Assembly: GCA_027858835.1 (NCBI GenBank)
Contig: JAQIBY010000009.1
Location: 19,151 to 83,150, forward strand
DNA length: 64,000 nucleotides
DNA from: Bacteroidales bacterium
GTDB taxonomy: Bacteria > Bacteroidota > Bacteroidia > Bacteroidales > ML635J-15
Reading direction: 5' to 3'
Below the pieces are notes generated by a model that did not search any database, was not told the origin of the DNA, and worked only from the letters and a program-made list of their open reading frames with translations. Of this stretch, positions 31,508-41,487 are shown piece by piece (the stretch's first letter is position 1; each line of letters begins with the position of its first letter). Position numbers and translations under genes: made by a program.

Positions 31508-32506
31508 TTATCTTAATTCTATTGTCCACAAAACAGCCTCTAACCTTCTGATTATATCACGTATATCTCCGCGAGGATCATATACAAAGGCTTCAACAGT
31601 AACAAATTCATCTGCATCCTCATCCACCAAGGTGAAACTAATAAAAGAACCACCCATAAAGTCATTTTCCACTTTCCAAAGCCCTTCCATAACCCAGCAT
31701 TCCTGGTTATTTACAATACGACCCGTCAGGATGGGATAATGATATTTTGTTTCGGTTGTCATATAACTACCGGGTCTTGCTCCCGGAACATTTTCTTTCA
31801 AAATCTCATTTCGTTTTTCAACAAGATACTCAAGCGATGGTTTTCCCGTGCTGTCAGCAGGATATCGATAAACTAAAAAACTTTGTGTTGCATGTCTGGT
31901 TTCGTAAGAAAGCCAAGCAAAATCATCCTTTTTCTCATCAAAAGTATAAGATCTGGGAACTGCAAAATAAACTCCGTACTTTTCTGCAATATCGTTTGCA
32001 TATTTTTCAATTTGATGCTTTTTCAAATACGGAATCAATCGTTCCCTATCGGCTTTCTTGAAAATTTCAACAAGCTGTTTTTTATTTGACTCTACGGTAC
32101 TAACAAATTCCGGATAATCAGGTGCTTTAATGTAAATAATGGTTTGCGGTTTGCTAAACACATCTGATTTCATTTTAATTTCACCATACTCAAGTCCGGG
32201 ATCAATTTCAGGAATAATAACATTTCGGTTTTTCTGATTCAAACCATTGAACTCAGATTTTTTTATCTGATACAAATCAAAAACAAACTCTTCCTGCGGC
32301 ACTGTGTATAAATCTTCATGAAATACATCGCGAAGCACCTGTCCTGCATCTCCCTTCCAACTCTCATCAGCCATAACCACCAAAACCTCACCAGCATTCC
32401 CGGTTGCAGCATCTTTTATATTCAAATCTTGTCTGCTTTGCTGACATGAACTAAGGTTCATTAAAAAAAATACAATAAGTACGGGATAGAGCAGTTTAGT
32501 TTTCAT
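31508..32506 (-). CDS. hypothetical lipoprotein (possibly DUF4837-like)
   Basis: Lipobox (NLSSC), 332 aa. The family assignment is from memory only. Confidence 0.45.
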   Translation of the reverse strand: MKTKLLYPVLIVFFLMNLSSCQQSRQDLNIKDAATGNAGEVLVVMADESWKGDAGQVLRDVFHEDLYTVPQEEFVFDLYQIKKSEFNGLNQKNRNVIIPEIDPGLEYGEIKMKSDVFSKPQTIIYIKAPDYPEFVSTVESNKKQLVEIFKKADRERLIPYLKKHQIEKYANDIAEKYGVYFAVPRSYTFDEKKDDFAWLSYETRHATQSFLVYRYPADSTGKPSLEYLVEKRNEILKENVPGARPGSYMTTETKYHYPILTGRIVNNQECWVMEGLWKVENDFMGGSFISFTLVDEDADEFVTVEAFVYDPRGDIRDIIRRLEAVLWTIELR

Positions 32507-32605
32507 ATCTTTGATGTTTTATTGTTTGTAACAAAATTAACTATCTTTATTATATAATGCGAATGAAGTGCATTTTGTTGCAAAAATCATCAAATTTTTG
32601 GAAAA

Positions 32606-32944
32606 ATGTTTACAGAAAGACAAAATAAAGTTTCCCGACTGATACAAAAAGACATCAGTGAAATTTTCACAAATCACGGCAGGGAGTGGTTTAGCGGAGC
32701 AATGGTTACCGTAACCGTGGTGCGAATTTCAAAAGATTTGTCCAACGCTAAAATATACATTTCTGTCTTTCCGTCAGAAAAAGCAGACAGTACAATTGAA
32801 TTTTTGAATACAAATATTTCAAAAGTACGTTACGAGTTAGGAAATCGTGTGCGTCATCAGCTAAAAAAAGTGCCGGAAATAAAGTTTTATTTTGATGATT
32901 CTTTGGATCATATTGACCGGATTAATGAATTATTAAAGGAATAA
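32606..32944 (+). CDS. rbfA: ribosome-binding factor A
   Basis: 112 aa with the typical RbfA pattern (RQNKVSRLIQKDISEI...VTVVRISKDLSNAKIYISV). Confidence 0.9.
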   Translation: MFTERQNKVSRLIQKDISEIFTNHGREWFSGAMVTVTVVRISKDLSNAKIYISVFPSEKADSTIEFLNTNISKVRYELGNRVRHQLKKVPEIKFYFDDSLDHIDRINELLKE

Positions 32945-32947
32945 GCA

Positions 32948-34168
32948 TTGAATTTTCCGTTTTACATAGCCCGTCGATATCTGATTTCTAAAAAGAAACG
33001 AAATGTTATCAATATCATTTCATCTATTTCCGTTGCCGGTGTAGGTGTTATGACAATGGCGCTTATTGTGGTTTTATCGATTTTTAACGGATTTGATGAT
33101 TTGCTTAAAAACCTGTTTTACAGTTTTGATCCCGACTTGCGTATAGAATCAACGCAAGGAAAAAGTTTCATGGAGGATTCTGCAATTTATGATATTTTAG
33201 ATCAGGAGGAAGCAATCCTTACCTACTCACGCATTATTGAAGAAAATGCCCTGCTGCGATATGAAGATCAGCAATTTATTGCAAGACTAAAAGGCGTTGA
33301 CGAACATTTTATTAATGTCAGCGGTGTGGATACCATGATTACAAGCGGCGACTTTATTTTGTGGGATCAAGGGGTGCCAATGGCCGTTGCAGGACAAGGC
33401 GTGGCTTATAAACTTTCGCTGAGTGTCAATCGACATACTCCGATAAAGGCCTTTGTGCCTAAGCGAAATGCAAAAATGACAGGAAGTTTTATGGATGCAA
33501 CCCATGCGCTAAATCAAAAAAATCTGTATCCTTCAGGATTTTTCAGCATTCAACAAGATTTTGACAGCGAATATGTTTTTATCCCGATAGAAATTGCCCA
33601 GGAAATTTTTGATTATTCAGGAGAATTGACCGCTATAGAGGTGAGGCTAACCCAACACGCAGATGCTCAGGAAGTTAAAATTGCCTTACGTGAAAATCTG
33701 GGTGATGATTTTATCATAAAGGACAGATATGAGCAGCATGAATTCTTTTATAAAATCATGAAATCAGAAAAATGGGCTGTCTTTTTTATTTTAAGTTTCA
33801 TTTTGCTCATTGCATCTTTTAATGTCATTGGCTCACTTACCATGCTTATCATTGATAAAAAAGATGACATTCACACTTTGCGAAGCCTCGGAGCAAGTAA
33901 CGCAACCATCAGTCGGATATTTTTACTGGAGGGCTGGCTGATAACCATAGTAGGAGCTTTTGTAGGGCTTTTACTGGGATGGGCATTGTGTTGGGCTCAA
34001 ATGAAATTTGGCATCATCCAACTCAATCAGTCGGGTTCATTTATTATTGATGCATATCCGGTAGCAATGAAAACAGTTGATTTTGCAGCAGTGTTTTTAA
34101 CTGTCATGCTAATTGGATTATTTGCAGCCTGGTATCCGGTGCAACACATCACAAAGAAATATTTGTAA
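32948..34168 (+). CDS. FtsX/LolE-family ABC transporter permease
   Basis: 406 aa with a TTG start. The FPFYIARRYL N-terminus, a large periplasmic loop and a C-terminal FtsX domain are typical of LolC/E-like permeases. Confidence 0.8.
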   Translation: MNFPFYIARRYLISKKKRNVINIISSISVAGVGVMTMALIVVLSIFNGFDDLLKNLFYSFDPDLRIESTQGKSFMEDSAIYDILDQEEAILTYSRIIEENALLRYEDQQFIARLKGVDEHFINVSGVDTMITSGDFILWDQGVPMAVAGQGVAYKLSLSVNRHTPIKAFVPKRNAKMTGSFMDATHALNQKNLYPSGFFSIQQDFDSEYVFIPIEIAQEIFDYSGELTAIEVRLTQHADAQEVKIALRENLGDDFIIKDRYEQHEFFYKIMKSEKWAVFFILSFILLIASFNVIGSLTMLIIDKKDDIHTLRSLGASNATISRIFLLEGWLITIVGAFVGLLLGWALCWAQMKFGIIQLNQSGSFIIDAYPVAMKTVDFAAVFLTVMLIGLFAAWYPVQHITKKYL

Positions 34169-34170
34169 GC

Positions 34171-35229
34171 TTATCCTTTACGGATAAAAGCATTCAAATC
34201 TGATGTCAAAGAAATATGATGTGAAATACCTGCCATATGATATCTGGCAACACCATAGGAGATCATAAATTTCGAGATCTTAATTCCGGCACCCACACTA
34301 AAACCAACCACACCGGGACGATTGCTGAGTGCAAGTTCGGTTCTGCGCTGATAATTATAACCAAAAGCAATAAAAAAGTTATCTGATGGCATAATCTCAA
34401 CACCGAGAACCATATGTCGTAAAAGTTCATCGCCGGCATTTCCCATTTTCTGACCGAAGTTCATACTAGTATCAGCCTCTGTCACAAGTTGCTGAGAAGT
34501 GAGCGGACTATCATAGCGCATATTCCATTTTAATAAATTATTTGCACCAACACTGATTCTGAATGGGGCATGTGGTAATTTATACGTAGCACCAAGCTCT
34601 AAATCCAAGGGAAGAGGTTCCTGATTTCCTTCGGTATATGGTTTAAGCTGAAAACCGAGATTGTTTATTACCGCAGAAGCAGAAAAGTTTGAACCGGGCA
34701 CATGATAATTCACGCCCAAATCTAAAGCTAAAGCAGAGGAATAATAATGATCCAAGGCAGAATATATTGTCTTTAAACTTCCACCGACACGCAAGGAAGA
34801 GTCAGACAAGAAACTTCGTGAATAATAAAGATTAAAAGAATATTCCTGAGCATAAAAATTTCCAAGGATTTCGCCTTCAGTATTAGCGCGAATAAATTCA
34901 CCGTAATTCAAATAGTGAATTCCTGCACCAAAGGTTCCGATATCATCAAAATGATAAGCATAAGATGCATATCCGTAATTAATATCCGAAATGTAATTGG
35001 TGTAATTAATGGCAATATTATGATGCATCTCTTTCCGTAAAAGTGCCGGATTATAATATGCCATGTTCAAATCATTATCGTACAAGGAAATGTTGATTCC
35101 TCCTAGCGCAGCAACTCTTGCAGAGTTTGGCATTTCAAGAAACTCAAACGTATTATCACCACCAATTTGCGTAAAGCCGGTAATTGAAAAGCTAAAAAGG
35201 CCTAAGGCTATTATTAGTCGTCTATACAT
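34171..35229 (-). CDS. outer-membrane beta-barrel protein, T9SS PorQ-like
   Basis: Signal peptide followed by GGDNTFEFLEMPNSARVAALGG, a motif I associate with PorQ. 352 aa. PorP/SprF is not excluded. Confidence 0.5.
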   Translation of the reverse strand: MYRRLIIALGLFSFSITGFTQIGGDNTFEFLEMPNSARVAALGGINISLYDNDLNMAYYNPALLRKEMHHNIAINYTNYISDINYGYASYAYHFDDIGTFGAGIHYLNYGEFIRANTEGEILGNFYAQEYSFNLYYSRSFLSDSSLRVGGSLKTIYSALDHYYSSALALDLGVNYHVPGSNFSASAVINNLGFQLKPYTEGNQEPLPLDLELGATYKLPHAPFRISVGANNLLKWNMRYDSPLTSQQLVTEADTSMNFGQKMGNAGDELLRHMVLGVEIMPSDNFFIAFGYNYQRRTELALSNRPGVVGFSVGAGIKISKFMISYGVARYHMAGISHHISLTSDLNAFIRKG

Positions 35230-35287
35230 AATGTCAATTTAAGGCAAAACTAAAAAATATTGTGGATAGAACGCATTTAATTTGTTT

Positions 35288-35944
35288 TTAGTGTTTGAAA
35301 TCCTGCAAATTCCACTCTTGCAAAAAGTCTCGCAAAAAATTCTCCATCTTTCGATGTCTGTTGTCTGCAATTGCTTTCGCTGTTTTAGTATGCATCCTAT
35401 CTTTCAGTAGTAACAATTTTTCATAAAAATGGTTGATAGTTGGTTGTTTACTATCCTTATATGCTTCAAAATTAGCATGAAGTTCGGGTGAAATATTTGG
35501 ACTGTATAGCAATCGATTATGTTTTCCCCCGAAAGCAAAAGTCCTGGCAATTCCGATTGCTCCAATTGCATCCAAACGGTCAGCATCGCGAACAATATTG
35601 CATTCTAAACTTTGAGGGGTATCAGGTACTTTTGCTCCACGATATGATATTTCGGGAATTTCTTGGATAAGTCTTGCAATGTATTTTTCATCCAGCCCTA
35701 TATTGGTAAGAAAAGCACTTAATTCATTTAAGCTTTTTTGCTCATCCGGCACAAGCTTGTGATCAGCAGATTCATGCAGCAGTGTAAGAACTTCCGTGTA
35801 TTTGACATCAGCATTTTCTTTTTTGGCAATATGCATAGCCATATTTCTTACCCGATAAATGTGCCACCAGTCATGTCCGGTGCTGTCAAGCGAGAGTTGT
35901 TTACGTACGGCATCTTCAATTTGGCGAATTTGTTTTGTGTGCAT
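35288..35944 (-). CDS. HD-domain phosphohydrolase
   Basis: H...HD metal-binding pattern (WWHIYRV...LLHESADHKL...RDADRLDA). Confidence 0.8.
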   Translation of the reverse strand: MHTKQIRQIEDAVRKQLSLDSTGHDWWHIYRVRNMAMHIAKKENADVKYTEVLTLLHESADHKLVPDEQKSLNELSAFLTNIGLDEKYIARLIQEIPEISYRGAKVPDTPQSLECNIVRDADRLDAIGAIGIARTFAFGGKHNRLLYSPNISPELHANFEAYKDSKQPTINHFYEKLLLLKDRMHTKTAKAIADNRHRKMENFLRDFLQEWNLQDFKH

Positions 35945-36002
35945 TTGTCAAAATTAGGAATTTTTATCAATCATGCATTATCGTTCATGAAAAAATACCA
36001 TC

Positions 36003-36034
36003 AAAAAAAGCGCAACCAATTGGCTGCGCTTTTT
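36003..36034 (-). terminator. rho-independent terminator hairpin (bidirectional form) after the 36051-37022 gene
   Basis: AAAAAGCGCA / TGCGCTTTTT arms (10 bp) around a 10-nt loop. On the minus strand the stem is followed by a 7-U run. Confidence 0.6.
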
Positions 36035-36050
36035 GTAATATTATACCTGA

Positions 36051-37022
36051 TTAAAACTCAGGTTCATCAATTGTCATTCCAAGATTTCGCAATTGGTTTT
36101 GAACGTTAATTTGTTCAACAATTCTGTTTTTGCTTTCTGAATTATCACATTTGTCGTAAAACGCTTTTGCTTTGCTGTAATTTCCGAGAATCTCGTAACA
36201 CATACCTATGCATTCGTTCACTTCGGGGCTGTCTTCTTTTTGCTGTATCTCTAAATACATGGTGTACATTTCCTTTAATTTTCCGGCATCGGCCAAATCT
36301 TTCAGGTCACGCTTATATTGACGGAATGCTTTTCTTAAATCTCTCTCTTCAGGTTTTACCTTCGGGAAATCGTATTTATAGGTGGCTTTAACTGCACTAA
36401 AATGATACCTGAATGCCTGTACAAAATAATCAGTAAGCTTGGGAATATAAACATCCGGGCTTTTTACAGAGGCATGTTCCATGATTTTTTTATCTTCATC
36501 AGTAATTGTCTTACTAAACGGAATTTTCACAAGCTCCTTACCGGTTTCCACATCAGTTATCACAACATTTCCTACAACACTTGCTGTGCTTGTTGCAATA
36601 AATTCATAATAAACAAACGGAAGACTATCTGCAGCCTCAGCACCTGATTTTTCTTCATAAGATTTCACATGATTTGTTGTGAAATTATAGTCGCCGGATA
36701 TTATATAAGTTGCTTCATCTTTATTTTCAGTTATACTATAAAGATTTGTTTTCATCCAAGGATTAAAAGACGGCAGATCGTTATCAAAAACAAGACCTTC
36801 TGCCTGCAATCCTTGATTCACTTCATTTCGGAAATCTTCACTAAGGCTGTTGTTTAATTTTTTCTGTGTTAGGTCCGTAAGCGGTAAAACATGAATCGGA
36901 CCACCTTTTTCTAAGATGAGTTCAGGTAATTGGAGTTTATAGGTTTCTAAATCCTGAGCGCTAAGCTTGCCTGTAAACAATACACAGACTGCAATGATTA
37001 TAATATATTTTATCGTTTTCAT
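36051..37022 (-). CDS. hypothetical secreted protein with a C-terminal TPR-like segment
   Basis: Signal peptide (AVCVLFTGKLSAQ), 323 aa, no catalytic motif recognised. Confidence 0.5.
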   Translation of the reverse strand: MKTIKYIIIIAVCVLFTGKLSAQDLETYKLQLPELILEKGGPIHVLPLTDLTQKKLNNSLSEDFRNEVNQGLQAEGLVFDNDLPSFNPWMKTNLYSITENKDEATYIISGDYNFTTNHVKSYEEKSGAEAADSLPFVYYEFIATSTASVVGNVVITDVETGKELVKIPFSKTITDEDKKIMEHASVKSPDVYIPKLTDYFVQAFRYHFSAVKATYKYDFPKVKPEERDLRKAFRQYKRDLKDLADAGKLKEMYTMYLEIQQKEDSPEVNECIGMCYEILGNYSKAKAFYDKCDNSESKNRIVEQINVQNQLRNLGMTIDEPEF

Positions 37023-37037
37023 AATGATCTGATTTAA

Positions 37038-37595
37038 TTATTTAACAAGTACAAGTTTAAAATCTCTGGTATTCCATGTCATTTGAGTTACGACAAGACT
37101 TTTATCGTCTTTATTCGGAATACGCAGCCAAATGTAGGGCCATTCCCTTAATTCGGGTTCAAAATAAAACTTCATTGCTTTCCAAAAATCCTTAAAGGAT
37201 CCTCCTTCTCCTCTTTCTGTTGCTTTATCAAATTCTTCTTTAGATTTCATTGTATTATTACGATGATAATACATACCGGTTTCTGTATTAATAATAGCAA
37301 CATAACGTGTTGTTGTACCATCATGATTTGCTACATCCAACCTTTGGAAACGCCAAGTCGTATATTGATCCATCTTATATGGATCAAAGGCTTCATCATT
37401 CACTTTAAATTCAGTGTTTACAACTCGTTCAGGCTTTTCGAATTTCGGATTTGCTTTTGTGACAAAAACGAATACTTGGTCTCGGCTAATGTCATACACT
37501 TTTGGCGCTAGGTTTAATTGTGCAGATACACTCCCTAACATTAGTACCATCGAAAACAAAGTGATACCGGCTTTAATTAAAAAATTTCTCTTCAT
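37038..37595 (-). CDS. hypothetical secreted protein
   Basis: The internal Met at 37595 gives a clean signal peptide (MKRNFLIKAGITLFSMVLMLGSVSAQ). A TACCTTTG -7 box lies 47 nt upstream of it, inside the longer ORF-track version (start 37691). Confidence 0.5.
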   Translation of the reverse strand: MKRNFLIKAGITLFSMVLMLGSVSAQLNLAPKVYDISRDQVFVFVTKANPKFEKPERVVNTEFKVNDEAFDPYKMDQYTTWRFQRLDVANHDGTTTRYVAIINTETGMYYHRNNTMKSKEEFDKATERGEGGSFKDFWKAMKFYFEPELREWPYIWLRIPNKDDKSLVVTQMTWNTRDFKLVLVK

Positions 37596-37641
37596 AATGT
37601 GATTTGGTTTTAGTTCTTTTCCGTATTTACAATCATTGTTC

Positions 37642-37649
37642 CAAAGGTA
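37642..37649 (-). promoter_or_regulatory. candidate -7 box (TACCTTTG on the minus strand)
   Basis: The plus strand reads CAAAGGTA, the reverse complement of TAnnTTTG. It sits upstream of the Met at 37595. Confidence 0.35.
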
Positions 37650-37886
37650 AACGAATTTTAAATTATAGGCTTTTCTATCGCTCAAGCGCAAATACGTATG
37701 ATGAGATTACGGCTTGTATAAAGACATAAAACATAGTTAAATAAGGCAGAAACAGTATATTAACGTTTTATATGTGTTAAATAACATAGAGCCACAAGGC
37801 GGGTTAGCTCAAAATGGGTTTTGATGCTTAATTAAATTCTACCCGACAAATGAAAACACTGAAAAACAGACTTTCTTTAAAAGACA

Positions 37887-40877
37887 CTAATTGACAATTA
37901 ATTTTCCCTTACCAAATATGGACGTTTCACCAGCAATTTCATAATAATATGTGCCTGATGACAACCCATCTAATTCAAGATTGAATTGTTTGGCATTCAA
38001 GTCATTCAATTGACGAACAAGCCTTCCGTTATTATCAAACAGACTAAGGGAAACAGCATTTGTGCTTTCTTCAGGCATAACAAAACGTACTTTTGTACTT
38101 GCCGGATTAGGAAAAACATTAATCTCAAAAAACGTGGAACTATTTTCCGGTTTGTTCACAAATATTAGCGGTAAATCCCAGACTGTAACATCAGTAAACT
38201 CACTTGTAAAAACAAATTTATTATCAAAAAACGAGGTCGCTTTGTTTCGGATAACTTCTCCATAGTCATTTGCAGGTTTTTGTGCAATAATGAAACTAGC
38301 AAACCCTTTAGATGCTTCTTCATCACTACTTGCCGTTGCCAAATTAATATCGTTAAATCTCCAGGTAATAATTCCTTCTTTACTTAAATGTATTTCGCAA
38401 TCATGACTACTGCCTATGAATTCAACGGTTTTAAAATCAAGAAAGGCAGAAAGGCTATCTCGGATCACCACTTCATTGACAACAAATTCCGTTGGATTTT
38501 GAAAAAATATCGTGTAATTTAGTTTCACATCCTGATCCACAAAATGGTTATTTCCTATTCCTTTAGGACTAACAATCACTTTGCATGCCGTAATTGCTTT
38601 GGTGCCGAATGCCTGCACTTCTCCACACCAAATATCTTCATAAGCATTATAATCATCCAATTGGGTGGATAAAATATAACCAAGTGAGGTTCCATTATAA
38701 TCGCCACAGTTTTCTACTGCAAATTGAGGGTGACTATTGCCCGGGTGTCCGGGACGCTGATCAGCCTCAAGACGAATAGCACGCCCGTTGGTTTCCCAAC
38801 ATATTTCAAGCGTTTCTCCCCCATTAAGTTGAAATACATCCGTAAAAATCAAGGTGTCATTAGCAAAAATTCGATATTCACTAGGTCCTGCCATATCGCC
38901 TTGTCCAGGATCTCCTTCGTTTGTAATCGTAAAACAGGCTTCCGTATCGCCATCACAATAACCTGTAACTTCAATACCGGAATGATCCCACTCTGCGTCT
39001 GCGATTGTATCAGCAGGAATTCCCGGATTTAGAAAAGTACATTGATTATCGGCTGAGATTGTTGCATTTCCACATAATGTTTGTCCTTCCAAATCAATAT
39101 CACAATCAATTTGCACAATTAGCTCAAATAAACCGCTTTCAAATACATTTAAATCTCCCAAGTCAAAAGCATAGGTGTTAACTCCAACCTCTGTATAAGA
39201 AATTTCTGAACTAAGCAAACTAAGGTTTTCATTCAATTCGAGATTAACAACAACATTATCTGCCATCACAGTTCCGTCGTTATTAAAACTAATGACTAGT
39301 GTTGATGTATTACATTCCGTTAAATCTTCTCCGGAAATATCAACATTTAATAATGGACAATCGATATTTGAAATTAATGCAAAATTATTCAAGTCTAATT
39401 CTTGCCCTGTATAATCGACTGTAACATTATGACTACCGCTTGCCGGATTTAAGATATCAAACAGAGGAGGAACAACAGCACTAATATTATACGTTCCCAA
39501 ATTCAATGGCATGGAATAAAAGCCAGTGTTTTCACTTATTGCTACGAGATTATCAATATCTGTTTGCAAAACAATACCGGGCAAAGGAATATCATCTACT
39601 CCAAAAAAGCCATCCTGATTTATATCATAATATACTTTTCCAGTAGCCATACTACCGGTATTGAAACTGCTTCCTTTCAGAAAAACAGCCGAATCATAAG
39701 AACTATCTCCTGCATCCCCGATAGCGAGCTTTATATGATAAGTTTCACCCTGCCATAAAATTGCCTCTGCAATAAGTGGGATGCTCGCACCATCATATTC
39801 CATGTCATTATTATAAGCCTGCCCTAAATCGGGATTATTATCGGTAGAACCAACATAATAACTCGAGTCGTTAAATGTGTTATCTATGGTTACCACATCT
39901 CCATTTGGCAACAAAGCAATGTTTATGGCATTATTTGAATAAGGACCATTAATACCGGGACCGGAAAGAAAAAAGCCAAAGACATCATTAAAACTAGAGT
40001 TTGCAAATTCATGAAATTCTTCCGAAGCGAAAATATAATCAAAAACCATATGATTATCATTAGCCACAAAATCAAATTCAATAATTACTGCATCATTAAC
40101 AGTAAAACCAGGAATAAGGGCTTGTAAATCAGGATCAGAACCACCTGTCGTAGTAGTACTTGTGCTCGCAGACTCATTAGGACCAACTGCCGCAGCGGCA
40201 TGACCTGTGGACATTATAATCCCATTTTCAAATCCAGTATCCACGATACTCCCGGAAAAATAGCCAATGCTAATTGTATCCCCAATAACTTCAACATTAC
40301 TTGTCGCTACACTACTACTTAGCAAGACATCATTAATAAGCGCTTGTTCTGAATAGCCTGTTTGGTCAACAAAGAAATTTTTAGATTTTACTTTGGGGGA
40401 TTTCTCTTTTATCCCGATTTCAACCACGGTGTTTTTAAGATTTTCAGGTAACATTAAGCAAATTATCACCATTTCACCAGCAAGAACCGAGCTTTGTCCA
40501 ATGTTAAATGTTGATTTACTACTTCGCAAATCCTTTTCTTGAAAAGCATGCCAAGCGTTCGCTTCTTCTAAATATGCAAGAATGCGAGCATTTGCCCCTA
40601 CCTCTTCTGCAAGTCGAATATTTACTAGTGCATCTTTATTTTCCGGCATTACAAATTGAAAATAATAATTCTGTCGTGAAATGTTTTGCAATTTTTGCTT
40701 TTTACCTGTTTCAATTTTTGCTTTTGGACTCAGTAAAAACCCTTGAAAAACAATTTCTTGACTTGTCGTTAATATTGTTGCAAATTCAGGATTGGTTGCA
40801 AGCACAGCTGGTTTCTCCTGTGAGATCAGGCGAAGGCTTATCATAATAAGTAGTAAGATTAAGCAAATTCGTTTCAT
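37887..40877 (-). CDS. choice-of-anchor-L domain protein with a T9SS C-terminal sorting domain (secreted or cell-surface cargo)
   Basis: The segment ...NDVFGFFLSGPGINGPY...YDGASIP...IGDAGDSSYDSAVFLKGSSF is typical of choice-of-anchor L. The C-terminal VFPNPAS...GKLIVN is a T9SS CTD. The Met at 40877 gives the signal peptide. Confidence 0.8.
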   Translation of the reverse strand: MKRICLILLLIMISLRLISQEKPAVLATNPEFATILTTSQEIVFQGFLLSPKAKIETGKKQKLQNISRQNYYFQFVMPENKDALVNIRLAEEVGANARILAYLEEANAWHAFQEKDLRSSKSTFNIGQSSVLAGEMVIICLMLPENLKNTVVEIGIKEKSPKVKSKNFFVDQTGYSEQALINDVLLSSSVATSNVEVIGDTISIGYFSGSIVDTGFENGIIMSTGHAAAAVGPNESASTSTTTTGGSDPDLQALIPGFTVNDAVIIEFDFVANDNHMVFDYIFASEEFHEFANSSFNDVFGFFLSGPGINGPYSNNAINIALLPNGDVVTIDNTFNDSSYYVGSTDNNPDLGQAYNNDMEYDGASIPLIAEAILWQGETYHIKLAIGDAGDSSYDSAVFLKGSSFNTGSMATGKVYYDINQDGFFGVDDIPLPGIVLQTDIDNLVAISENTGFYSMPLNLGTYNISAVVPPLFDILNPASGSHNVTVDYTGQELDLNNFALISNIDCPLLNVDISGEDLTECNTSTLVISFNNDGTVMADNVVVNLELNENLSLLSSEISYTEVGVNTYAFDLGDLNVFESGLFELIVQIDCDIDLEGQTLCGNATISADNQCTFLNPGIPADTIADAEWDHSGIEVTGYCDGDTEACFTITNEGDPGQGDMAGPSEYRIFANDTLIFTDVFQLNGGETLEICWETNGRAIRLEADQRPGHPGNSHPQFAVENCGDYNGTSLGYILSTQLDDYNAYEDIWCGEVQAFGTKAITACKVIVSPKGIGNNHFVDQDVKLNYTIFFQNPTEFVVNEVVIRDSLSAFLDFKTVEFIGSSHDCEIHLSKEGIITWRFNDINLATASSDEEASKGFASFIIAQKPANDYGEVIRNKATSFFDNKFVFTSEFTDVTVWDLPLIFVNKPENSSTFFEINVFPNPASTKVRFVMPEESTNAVSLSLFDNNGRLVRQLNDLNAKQFNLELDGLSSGTYYYEIAGETSIFGKGKLIVN

Positions 40878-40983
40878 GGCGTTTAGTTTAAAGGGAAATA
40901 ATATCACAATTTACAACATAAAGCGGAATTATCCAAAATAATTTGATAGTCAATGTTTTATTTGAATAAAAATAAAGTGCCTA

Positions 40984-41487
40984 TTACCCGTATTTTGCCT
41001 CAAGTGCTTTCATGATTTTGTAAACCACTGGGCAAGTTTCTGTGTTTTTCAAGCTTATATTTAAAATCTGCTGGAAATTTACCATATCTGTATGCGGATA
41101 CTCCCGACATGCTTTGGGTCGAGCTTCATAAATCATGCAATAATTATCATCCATTAAAAAGGGACATCGCAAAGTTTGAAAAACAAAATATCCCTTCTCA
41201 TCTTGTTCAAGATAGGTTTCAGTAAATACACCAGGCTTCATTTTAAGACGTTTTGCCATGCGATTAATGTCATGATCTGTAATCATTGGTCCTAATGATT
41301 TGCAACAATTTGCACATTGCAAACAATCTGTATCGGCAAAATATGACTCATGAAGCGAATGAACAAAGGCATCAAGTTCACGCTTATTCAACTTTTTCAA
41401 TTTCTTAATTAAAGATTGAAGCTGTTTTTTATCTCGCTTTACGAGTTCGCTTAAATCGTTTAACGACATTTCGGTGAATATATCCAT
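40984..41487 (-). CDS. YkgJ-family cysteine-cluster protein
   Basis: CLQCANCC motif plus downstream RCPFL...C...CREYP. The start is ambiguous (41541, 41487 or 41469); each option overlaps the 3' end of the EamA gene. Confidence 0.7.
   Translation of the reverse strand: MDIFTEMSLNDLSELVKRDKKQLQSLIKKLKKLNKRELDAFVHSLHESYFADTDCLQCANCCKSLGPMITDHDINRMAKRLKMKPGVFTETYLEQDEKGYFVFQTLRCPFLMDDNYCMIYEARPKACREYPHTDMVNFQQILNISLKNTETCPVVYKIMKALEAKYG

Noticed and set aside
37799-37835. A tRNA-like D-arm string, GGGTTAGCTCAAAATGG.
   Set aside because: There is no T-arm (GGTTCGAATCC-like), no acceptor-stem complementarity and no anticodon stem around it. It appears to be a chance match in an AT-rich spacer.
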